From positions 896,001-960,000 of the forward strand of contig CP068257.2 of NCBI GenBank assembly GCA_009914755.4: a DNA stretch of 64,000 nucleotides. Direction: 5' to 3'. Positions 54,881 to 64,000 of this stretch are shown piece after piece (within the stretch, counting starts at the first letter, position 1; each line of letters starts with the position of its first letter). The position numbers were made by a program, and so were the translations under genes. This stretch comes from the human T2T-CHM13v2.0 reference genome, Homo sapiens. A model generated the notes under the pieces. That model worked only from the letters and a program-made list of their open reading frames with translations. It had not been told where the DNA came from and did no database searches.

Positions 54881-56785
54881 CTAAATTAACTTTGTGACAT
54901 AACCCTGTACTGATCATCCAGGTGATGGGGCTTTTGTCTAGGCTCTGCCTAAGGGGGCATTGTGACATATTTCTGCATTGATCACCCAGGTGGCGAACTC
55001 TTCTCTTGGATCTGCCTATGGGGGCATTGTGACAAATCTCTGCACTGATCACCCAGGTGATGTAACTCTTGTGTAACCTCTGCCTACAGGGGAATTGTGA
55101 GAGATCTCGCCACTGATCACCCAAGTGATGTAACCATTGTCTAGGCTTTGCGTACTGGGGGCTTTGTGACATACCTTTGCACTGATCACCCAGGTGATGA
55201 AACACATCTAAGATCGGCCTAAAGGAGCTTTGTGACATATCTCTGCACTGATCACTTAGGTGATGTAACACTTTTATAAGCACTGCCTACAGGGAATTTT
55301 GACAAATCTCTGCACTGATCACCTAGGTGATGTAACGCTTGTCTACCCTCTGTCCAACGGGGCATTGTGAAATATCTCTGCACTGATCACCCAGGTGATT
55401 CAACTCTTGACTAGGATCTGCCTACAGAGTTTATTGTGAAATATCTCTGCACTGATAAACTAGGTGGTGTAACCCTTATCCAAGCTCTGCCTACAGGGGT
55501 GTTTTCACATATCCCTGAAGTGATGACAAAGGTGATGTAACTCTTGCCTAGGCTTTGCCTACAGGGGACATTGGACATATATCTGCACTGATCACCCGGG
55601 TGATGCAACTCTTGCCTAGGCTTTGCCTACAGGGGACATTGTGACATATCTCTGCACTGATCTCCCAGGTGCTGTAACTTTAGTCTAGACTCTGGCTACA
55701 CGGCATTGTGACATATCACTGCACTGATCAACCAGGTGATATAACTCTTGTCTAGGCTCTGCCTACAGGGGGCTTGGGACATAGCTCTGCACTGATCACC
55801 CTGGTGATATAACTCTTCTCTAGGATCTGCCTACAGGGTGCTTTGTGACATATCCCTGCAATGATCACCCAGGTGATCTAACTCTGATTTAAGCTCTGCC
55901 TAAAGGGGCATTGTGACAGATCTCTGCACTGATCACTCAGGTGATGTAACTATTGTCTAGGCTCTGCTTAAAGGGGCCTTGTCACATATCTCTGCAATGA
56001 TCACCCAGGTGATGTAACTCTTGTCTAGCCTCTGCTTTCACGGCATATTGTGACATATCTATGCACTGATCACCTTAGTGATGTAACACTTGTGTAGGCT
56101 CGGCCTACATGGTAATATTGACATATCTCTGCACTGTTAACCGAGGTGATTTAACTCTTGTCTAGGCTGTGCCCACAGGGGGATTGAGACATATCTCTGC
56201 ACTGATCCCGAGGTGATACAACTGTTGCCTGGTTTCTGCCTACTGGGGACATTGTGACATATCTCTGCACTGATCGCCCAGGTGCTGTAACTTTAGTCTA
56301 GGCTCTGGCTACACGGCATTGTGACATATCACTGCACTGATCACCCAGGTGATATAAATCTTGTCTAGGCTCTGCCTACAATGGCCTTGTGACATATCTC
56401 TGCACTGATCACCCAGATGATATAACTCTTCTCTAGGATCTGACCACAGGGTGCTTTGTGACATTTCCCTGCAATGATCACACAGGTGATATACCACTTG
56501 CCAAGGCTCTGCCCACAGGGGCATTGCAATGTATCTCTGCACTGATCACCTAGGTCTTGTAACTCTTTTCTTCGATCTGCCCTCAGGGTGCTTTTTGACG
56601 TATCCCAGCAAGGATTACCTAGGTGATGTACCTCTCATCAAGGCTCAGCCTACAGGCACATTGCGATGTATCTCTGCACTGATCACCTAGGTCATGTAAC
56701 TTTTGTCTAGGCTCTGCCTACGATGGCATTGTGACATATCTCTGCACAAATCATCCAAGTGATGTAACACTTGTCTAGGATCTGC
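54881..56785. repeat. HOR copy 29, 1905 bp: 28-monomer variant (M12 lost)
   Basis: Landmark spacing is 1905. Around 55600-55680 M11 is followed directly by M13. Confidence 0.85.
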
Positions 56786-58690
56786 CTAAATTAACTTTGT
56801 GACATAACCCTGTACTGATCATCCAGGTGATGGGGCTTTTGTCTAGGCTCTGCCTAAGGGGGCATTTTGACATATTTCTGCATTGATCACCCAGGTGGCG
56901 AACTCTTCTCTTGGATCTGCGTATGGGGGCATTGTGACAAATCTCTGCACTGATCACCCAGGTGATGTAACTGTTGTGTAACCTCTGCCTACAGGGGAAT
57001 TGTGAGAGATCTCGCCACTGATCACCCAAGTGATGTAACCATTGTCTAGGCTTTGCGTACAGGGGTCTTTGTGACATACCTTTGCACTGATCACCCAGGT
57101 GATGTAACACATCTATGTTCGGCCTAAAGGAGCTTTGTGACATACCTCTGCACTGATCACTTAGGTGATGTAACAGTTTTATAAGCACTGCCTACAGGGA
57201 ATTTTGACAAATCTCTGCACTGATCACCTAGGTGATGTAACGCTTGTGTACCCTCTGTCCAACGGGGCATTGTGAAATATCTCTGCACTGATCACCCAGG
57301 TGATTCAACTCTTGACTAGGATCTGCCTACAGAGGTTATTGTGAAATATCTCTGCACTGATAAACTAGGTGGTGTAACCCTTATCCAAGCTCTGCCTATA
57401 GGGGCGTTTTCACATATCCCTGAAGTGATGACAAAGATGATGTAACTCTTGCCTAGACTTTGCCTACAGGGGACATTGGACATATATCTGCACTGATCAC
57501 CCAGGTGATGCAACTCTTGCCTAGGCTTTGCCTACAGGGGACATTGTGACATATCTCTGCACTGATCTCCCAGGTGCTGTAACATTAGTCTAGACTCTGG
57601 CTACACGGCATTGTGACATATCACTGCACTGATCAACCAGGTGATATAACTCTTGTCTAGGCTCTGCCTACAGGGGTCTTGTGACATAGCTCTGCACTGA
57701 TCACCCAGGTGATATAACTCTTCTCTAGGATCTGCCTACAGGGTGCTTTGTGACATATCCCTGCAATGATCACCCAGGTGATCTAACTCTGGTTTAAGCT
57801 CTGCCTAAAGGGGCATTGTGACAGATCTCTGCACTGATCACTCAGGTGATGTAACTATTGTCTAGGCTCTGCTTAAAGGGGCCTTGTCACATATCTCTGC
57901 AATGATCACCCAGGTGATGTAACTCTTGTCTAGCCTCTGCTTTCACGGCATATAGTGACATATCTATGCACTGATCACCTTAGTGATGTAACACTTGTGT
58001 AGGCTCGGCCTACAGGGGAATATTGACATATCTCTGCACTGTTAACCGAGGTGATTTAACTCTTGTCTAGGCTGTGCCCACAGGGGGATTGAGACATATC
58101 TCTGCACTGATCCCGAGGTGATCCAACTGTTGCCTGGTCTCTGCCTACTGGGGACATTGTGACATATCTCTGCACTGATCTCCCAGGTGCTGTAACTTTA
58201 GTCTAGGCTCTGGCTACACGGCATTGTGACATATCACTGCACTGATCACCCAGGTGATATAAATCTTGTCTAGGCTCTGCCTACAATGGCCTTGTGACAT
58301 ATCTCTGCACTGATCACCCAGGTGATATAACTCTTCTCTAGGATCTGACCACAGGGTGCTTTGTGACATTTCCCTGCAATGATCACCCAGGTGATATACC
58401 ACTTGCCAAGGCTCTGCCTACAGGGGCATTGCAATGTATCTCTGCACTGATCACCTAGGTCTTGTAACTCTTTTCTAGGATCTGCCCACAGGGTGATTTT
58501 TGACGTATCCCAGCAAGGATTACCCAGGTGATGTACCTCTCATCAAGGCTCTGCCTACAGGCACATTGCGATGTATCTCTGCACTGATCACCTGGGTCAT
58601 GTAACTTTTGTCTAGGCTCTGCCTACGATGGCATTGTGACATATCTCTGCACTAATCATCCAAGTGATGTAAACAATGTCTAGGATCTGC
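56786..58690. repeat. HOR copy 30, 1905 bp: 28-monomer variant (M12 lost)
   Basis: Landmark spacing is 1905. Around 57480-57570 M11 is followed directly by M13. Confidence 0.85.
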
Positions 58691-60460
58691 CTAAATTAAC
58701 TTTGTGACATAATCCTGTACTGATCATCCAGGTGATGGGGCTTTTGTCTAGGCTCTGCCTAAGGGTGCATTGTGACATATTTCTGCATTGATCACCCAGG
58801 TGGCGAACTCTTCTCTTGGATCTGCCTATGGGGGCATTGTGAGAAATCTCTGCACTGATCACCCAGGTGATGTAACTGTTGTGTAACCTCTGCCTACAGG
58901 GGAATTGTGAGAGATCTCTCCACTGATCACCCAAGTGATGTTACCATTGTCTAGGCTTTGCGTACAGGGGGCTTTGTGACATACCTTTGCACTGATCACC
59001 CAGGTGATGTAACATATCTAAGTTCGGCCTAAAGGAGCTTTGTGACATATCTCTGCACTGATCACTTAGGTGATGTAACACTTTTATAAGCACTGCCTAC
59101 AGGGAATTTTGACAAATCTCTGCACTCATCACCTAGGTGATGTAACGCTTGTCTACCCTCTGTCCAACGGGGCATTGTGAAATATCTCTGCACTGATCAC
59201 CCTGGTGATTCAACTCTTGACTAGTATCTGCCTACAGAGGTTATTGTGAAATATCTCTGCATTGATAAACTAGGTGTTGTAACCCTTGTCCAAGCTCTGC
59301 CTATAGGGACGTTTTCACATATCCCTGAAGTGATGACAAAGGTGATGTAACTCTTGCCTAGGCTTTTCCTACAGGGGACATTGTGACATATCGCTTCAAT
59401 GATCACCCATGTGATGCAACTCTTGCCTAGGCTTTGCCTACAGGGGACATTGTGACATATCTCTCCACTGATCTCCCATGTGCTGTAACTTTAGTCTAGG
59501 CTCTGGCTACATGGCACTGTGACATATCACTGCACTGATCAACCAGGTGATATAACACTTCTATAGGCTCTGCCTACAGGGGGCTTGTGACATACCTCTG
59601 CACTGATCACACAGGTGATATAACTCCTCTCTAGGATCTACCTACTGGGTGCTTGGTGACATATCCCTGCACTGATCACCCAGGTGATCTAACTCTCGTC
59701 TGAGCTCTGCCTAAAGGGCATTGTGACAGATCTCTGCACTGATCACCCAGGTGATGTAACTCTTGTCTAGGCTCTCCTTGCAGGGCATATTGTGACATAT
59801 CTATGCACTGATCACCTTAGTGATGTAACACTTGTGTATGCTCGGCCTACAGGGAAATCTTGACATATCTCTGCACTGTTAACCGAGGTGATTTAACTCT
59901 TGCCTAGGCTGTGCCCACAGGGGGATTGAGACATATCTCCGCACTGATCCCGAGGTGATCCAACTCTTGCCTGGTCTCTGCCTACTGGGGACATTGTGAC
60001 ATATCTCTGCACTGATCAACCAGGTGATATAACTCTTGTCTAGGCTCTGCCTACAATGGTCTTGTGACATACCTCTGCACTGACCACCCAGGTGATATAA
60101 CTCTTCTCTAGGATCTGACCACAGGGTGCTTTGTGACATATCCCTGCAATGATCACCCAGGTGATATACCACTTGCCAAGGTTCTGCCTACTGGGGCATT
60201 GCAATGTATCTCTGCACTAATCACCTTGGTCTTGTAAATCTTTTCTAGAATCTGCCCACAGGGTGCTTTGTGACGTATCCCAGCAAGGATTACCCAGGTG
60301 ATGTACCTCTCATCAAGGCTCTGCCTACAGGCACATTGCGATGTATCTCTGCACTGATCATATAGGTCATGTAACTTTTGTCTAGGCTCTGCCTACGATA
60401 GCATTGTGACATATGTCTGCACTAATCATCCAAGTGATGTAACACTTGTCTAGGATCTGC
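58691..60460. repeat. HOR copy 31, 1770 bp: 26-monomer divergent variant (three separate single-monomer fusions: M11/M12, M17/M18, M22/M23)
   Basis: Landmark spacing is 1770 (1974 minus 3x68). There are three fusion junctions. About 59340-59410 is an M11/M12 hybrid. About 59690-59760 has M17 followed by M19. About 59940-60060 has an M22 ending in gatcaaccaggtgat followed by M24. Point substitutions are visibly denser than in copies 1-30. Confidence 0.8.
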
Positions 60461-62365
60461 CTAAATTAACTTTGTGACATAACCCTGTACTGATCATCCA
60501 GGTGATGGGGCTTTTCTCTAGGCTCTGTCTAAGGGGGCATTGTGACATATTTCTGCATTGATCACCCACGTGGCGAACTCTTCTCTTGGATCTGCCTATG
60601 GGGGCATTGTGACAAATCTCTGCACTGATCACCCAGGTGATGTAACTGTTGTGTAACCTCTGCCTACAGGGAAATTGTGAGAGATCTCTCCACTGATCAC
60701 CCAAGTGATGTAACCATTGTCTAGGCTTGGCTTACAGGGGGATTTGTGACATACCTTTGCACTGATCACCCAGGTGATGTAACACATCTAAGTTCGGCCT
60801 AAAGGAGCTTTGTGACATATCTCTGCACTGATCACTTAGGTGATGTAACACTTTTATAAGCACTGCCTACAGGGAATTTTGACAAATCTCTGCACTGATC
60901 ACCTAAGTGATGTAACGCTCGTCTACCCTCTGTCCAACGGGGCATTGTGAAATATCTCTGCACTGATCACCCAGGTGATTCAACTCTTGACTAGGATCTG
61001 CCTACAGAGGTTATTGTGAAATATCTCTGCACTGATAAACTAGGTGGTGTATCCCTTATCCAAGCTCTGCCTACAGGGGCGTTTTCACATATCCCTGAAG
61101 TGATGACAAAGGTGATGTAACTCTTGCCTAGGCTTTGCCTACAGGGGACATTGGACATATATCTGCACTGATCACCCATGTGATGTAACTCTTGCCTAGG
61201 CTTTGCCTACAGGGGACATTGTGACATATCTCTGCACTGATCTCCCAGGTGCTGTAACTTTAGTCTAGACTCTGGCTACACGGCATTGTGACATATCACT
61301 GCACTGATCAACCAGGTGATATAACTCTTGTCTAGGCTCTGCCTACAGGGGGCTTGTGACATATCTCTGCACTGATCACCCAGGTGATATAACTCTTCTC
61401 TAGGATCTGCCTACAGGGTGCTTTGTGACATATCCCTGCAATGATCACCCAGGTGATCTAACTCTGGTTTAAGCTCTGCCTAAAGGGGCATTGTGACAGA
61501 TCTCTGCACTGATCACTCAGGTGATGTAACTATTGTCTAGGCTCTGCTTAAAGGGGCCTTGTCACATATCTCTGCACTGATCACCCAGGTGATGTAACTC
61601 TTGTCTAGCCTCTGCTTTCACGGCATATTGTGACATATCTATGCACTGATCACCTTAGTGATGTAACACTTGTGTAGGCTCGGCCTACGGGGGAACATTG
61701 ACATATCTCTGCACTGTTAACCGAGGTGATTTAACTCTTGTCTAGGCTGTGCCCACAGGGGGATTGAGACATATCTCTGCACTGATCCCGAGGTGATCCA
61801 ACTTTTGCCTGGTCTCTGCCTACTGGGGACATTGTGACATATCTCTGCATTGATCTCCCAGGTGCTGTAACTTTAGTCTAGGCTCTGACTACACGTCATT
61901 GTGACATATCACTGCACTGATCACCCAGGTGATATAAATCTTGTCTAGGCTCTGCCTACAATGGCCTTGTGACATATCTCTGCACTGATCACCCAGGTGA
62001 TATAACTCTTCTCTAGGATCTGACCACAGGGTGCTTTGTGACATTTCCCTGCAATGATCACCCAGGTGATATACCACTTGCCAAGGCTCTGCCTACAGGG
62101 GCATTGCAATGTATCTCTGCACTGATCACCTAGGTATTGTAACTCTTTTCTAGGATCTGCCCACTGGGTGCTTTTTGACGTATCCCAGCAAGGATTACGC
62201 AGGTGATGTACCTCTCATCAAGGCTCTGCCTACAGGCACATTGCGATGTATCTCTGCACTGATCACCTGGGTCATGTAACTTTTGTCTAGGCTCTGCCTA
62301 CGATGGCATTGTGACATATCTCTGCACTAATCATCCAAGTGATGTAACCAATGTCTAGTATCTGC
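60461..62365. repeat. HOR copy 32, 1905 bp: 28-monomer variant (M11/M12 hybrid)
   Basis: Landmark spacing is 1905. Around 61150-61200 one monomer reads ctgcactgatcacccatgtgatgtaactcttgcctagg. Confidence 0.8.
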
Positions 62366-64000
62366 CTAAATTAACTTTGTGACATAACCCTGTACTGATC
62401 ATCCAGGTGATGGGGCTTTTGTCTAGGCTCTGCCTAAGAGTGCATTGTGACATATTTCTGCATTGATCACCCAGGTGGCGAACTCTTCTCTTGGATCTGC
62501 CTATGGGGGCATTGTGAGAAATCTCTGCACTGCTCACCCAGGTGATGTAACTGTTGTGTAACCTCTGCCTACAGGGGAATTGTGAGAGATCTCTCCACTG
62601 ATCACCCAAGTGATGTTACCATTGTCTAGGCTTTGCGTACAGGGGGCTTTGTGACATACCTTTGCACTGATCACCCAGTTGATGTAACACATCTAAGTTC
62701 GGCCTAAAGGAGCTTTGTGACATATCTCTGCACTGATCACTTAGGTGATGTAACACTTTTATAAGCACTGCCTACAGGGAATTTTGACAAATCTCTGCAC
62801 TGATCACCTAGGTGATGTAACGCTTGTCTACCCTCTGTCCAACGGGGCATTGTGAAATATCTCTGCACTGATCACCCTGGTGATTCAACTCTTGACTAGT
62901 ATCTGCCTACAGAGGTTATTGTGAAATATCTCTGCATTGATAAACTAGGTGTTGTAACCCTTGTCCAAGCTCTGCCTATAGGGACGTTTTCACATATCCC
63001 TGAACTGATGACAAAGGTGATGTAACTATTGCCTAGGCTTTGCCTACAGGGGATATTGGACATATATCTGCACTGATCACTCAGGTGATGCAACTCTTGC
63101 CTAGGCTTTGCCTACAGGGGACATTGTGACATATCTCTCCACTGATCTCCCATGTGCTGTAACTTTAGTCTAGGCTCTGGCTACATGGCATTGTGACATA
63201 TCACTGCACTGATCAACCAGGTGATATAACACTTCTATAGGCTCTGCCTACAGGGGGCTTGTGACATACCTCTGCACTGATCACACAGGTGATATAACTC
63301 CTCTCTAGGATCTACCTACTGGGTGCTTGGTGACATATCCCTGCACTGATCACCCAGGTGATCTAACTCTCGTCTGAGCTCTGCCTAAAGGGCATTGTGA
63401 CAGATCTCTGCACTGATCACCCAGGTGATGTAACTCTTGTCTAGGCTCTCCTTGCAGGGCATATTGTGACATATCTGTGCACTGATCACCTTAGTGATGT
63501 AACACTTGTGTAGGCTCGGCCTACAGGGAAATCTTGACATATCTCTGCACTGTTAACCGAGGTGATTTAACTCTTGCCTAGGCTGTGCCCACAGGGGGAT
63601 TGAGACATATCTCCGCACTGATCCCGAGGTGATCTAACTCTTGCCTGGTCTCTGCCTACTGGGGACATTGTGACATATCTCTGCACTGATCAACCAGGTG
63701 ATATAGCTCTTGTCTAGGCTCTGCCTACAATGGTCGTGTGACATATCTCTGCACTGATCACCCAGGTGATATAACTCTTCTCTAGCATCTGACCACAGGG
63801 TGCTTTGTGACATATCCCTGCAATGATCACCCAGGTGATATACCACTTGCCAAGGTTCTGCCTACTGGGGCATTGCAATGTATCTCTGCACTAATCACCT
63901 TGGTCTTGTAAATCTTTTCTAGAATCTGCCCACAGGGTGCTTTGTGACGTATCCCAGCAAGGATTACCCAGGTGATGTACCTCTCATCAAGGCTCTGCCT
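62366..64000. repeat. HOR copy 33 (partial, truncated by the window end), same divergent 26-monomer type as copy 31
   Basis: It shares private variants with copy 31: aatgtctag, agag/ggtgcattgtgac, gagaaatctctgc, ctctccactgatctcccatgtgctg, and the M22 to M24 fusion at about 63660-63740. Confidence 0.75.

Larger units (their letters stand above)
1..64000. repeat. Continuous tandem satellite array, ~68-bp monomer (~940 monomers), beta-satellite-like (Sau3A 68-bp family, probable hominoid BSR); single orientation, no interruptions seen
   Basis: Direct reading: nearly every ~68 bp repeats the core ctgcactgatcacccaggtgatgtaac followed by a variable segment tcttgtctaggctctgcctacaggggcattgtgacatatct. 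Successive core starts in 930-1140 are spaced 67, 69, 69 bp. The reverse complement (agtgcagagatatgtcacaatgcccctgtaggcagagcctagacaagagttacatcacctgggtgatc) matches my recollection of the human beta-satellite consensus. The taxonomic attribution is from memory only. Confidence 0.9.
58691..64000. repeat. Divergent HOR subfamily domain: alternating 26-monomer (1770 bp) and 28-monomer (1905 bp) copies, 3675-bp two-HOR period
   Basis: Landmark 58691->62366 is 3675. Copies 31 and 33 share many private substitutions that copy 32 lacks. Confidence 0.7.

Noticed and set aside
44471-58690. A further clean super-repeat among copies 24-30 (C'-type copies at 44471 and 49031, several 1905-bp copies)
   Set aside because: Related copy types recur, but the spacings are irregular (1974, 2586, 1974, 1902, 1974, 1905, 1905). 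I could not confirm lag-identical copies by eye, so I am not claiming a periodicity there.
14-63846. About 95 minus-strand ORFs of 60-145 aa from the supplied track (e.g. 14..427, 555..752, 1522..1710 and their periodic repeats) as possible protein-coding genes
   Set aside because: The same three or four ORFs recur with the 1974-bp HOR period. The one I checked begins at a GTG alternative start rather than ATG. The peptides are internally repetitive: the motif HLGDQCRDMSQ..ITWVIS recurs about every 23 aa, which is one 68-bp monomer. They are the translation of the conserved core atcacctgggtgatcagtgcagagatatgtcaca. The ORFs exist only because one frame of the monomer's minus strand is stop-poor. 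ORF ends move with point mutations, for example the 145-aa version at 24901, which follows a landmark variant in copy 14. There is no unique flanking sequence, promoter or translation-signal context.
1-64000. CRISPR array (regular short direct repeats)
   Set aside because: There is no alternation of a conserved repeat with unique spacers. The whole 68-bp unit is homologous from copy to copy, and the variable part is just diverged monomer sequence recurring with the HOR period. There are no cas genes or leader, and this is eukaryotic-type satellite organisation.
1-64000. Alpha-satellite / CENP-B box / functional centromere core
   Set aside because: The monomer is about 68 bp, not 171 bp. No TTCGnnnnAnnCGGG-type CENP-B box was seen. 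The sequence fits beta-satellite-like (pericentromeric or acrocentric) DNA rather than the kinetochore-forming alpha satellite.
1-64000. Prokaryotic origin, which the bacterial-style ORF calling might suggest
   Set aside because: The multi-level HOR satellite architecture and the similarity to a primate satellite family argue for a eukaryotic, probably hominoid, heterochromatic region. The ORF track's alternative-start calls are a property of the tool, not of the DNA.
1-64000. tRNA, rRNA or ncRNA genes, promoters, terminators
   Set aside because: No non-satellite sequence was seen anywhere in the window. The only dyad symmetry present is the per-monomer ATCACC/GGTGAT core, and it repeats about 940 times.

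Overview
The whole 64 kb window is one uninterrupted, single-orientation tandem satellite array, and I see nothing else in it. I found no credible protein-coding genes, RNA genes, transposon insertions, CRISPR array or operon-like system. This looks like the interior of a large pericentromeric or acrocentric-type satellite array. Any new biological system would have to be a property of the repeat itself rather than a gene cassette.

**Monomer.** The repeat unit is about 68 bp, giving roughly 940 copies. Nearly every monomer carries a conserved core, CTGCACTGATCACCCAGGTGAT-GTAAC. That core contains a Sau3AI/BclI site (TGATCA), a CCAGG, an E-box (CAGGTG) and an ATCACC..GGTGAT dyad. The reverse complement of the monomer matches what I remember of the human/hominoid 68-bp beta satellite (Sau3A family, BSR). 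That attribution rests on memory, not a database search.

**Higher-order repeat.** Monomers are organised into a 29-monomer higher-order repeat (HOR) of 1974 bp. A landmark monomer (ctaaattaactttgtgacataaccctgtactgatcatcc) recurs at exactly 1974-bp spacing for the first eight intervals. I count 32 complete HOR copies and 2 partial ones:
- 20 copies are full length (1974 or 1975 bp).
- 9 copies are 28-monomer variants (1902-1906 bp).
- One copy carries a 9-monomer deletion (1360 bp).
- One copy carries a 9-monomer tandem duplication (2586 bp).
- One copy is a 26-monomer variant (1770 bp).

**Super-repeats.** Above the HOR there is a further level of periodicity:
- Three consecutive HORs form a 5922-bp unit at about 25-15.8 kb.
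- A 5854-bp unit repeats at about 32.8-44.5 kb.
- A 3675-bp two-HOR unit of a more divergent subfamily occupies about 58.7-64 kb.
Copies one super-period apart are nearly identical, while adjacent copies differ.

**Internal structure of the HOR.** The HOR contains an ancient duplication: monomers M13-M16 are paralogous to M22-M25, and M2-M3 resemble M15-M16. The observed 9-monomer deletion and duplication, and the single-monomer losses in 9 of the 28-monomer copies, sit at these paralogous monomers and at a triplet of near-identical monomers (M11-M13). This is the usual signature of unequal crossover and gene conversion in satellite DNA.

**ORF track.** The six-frame track's roughly 95 minus-strand ORFs (60-145 aa) are artefacts of a stop-poor frame in the repeat. 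They recur with the HOR period, start at GTG-type alternative starts (GTG checked for one ORF, inferred for the rest), and encode the same repeating HLGDQCR peptide.
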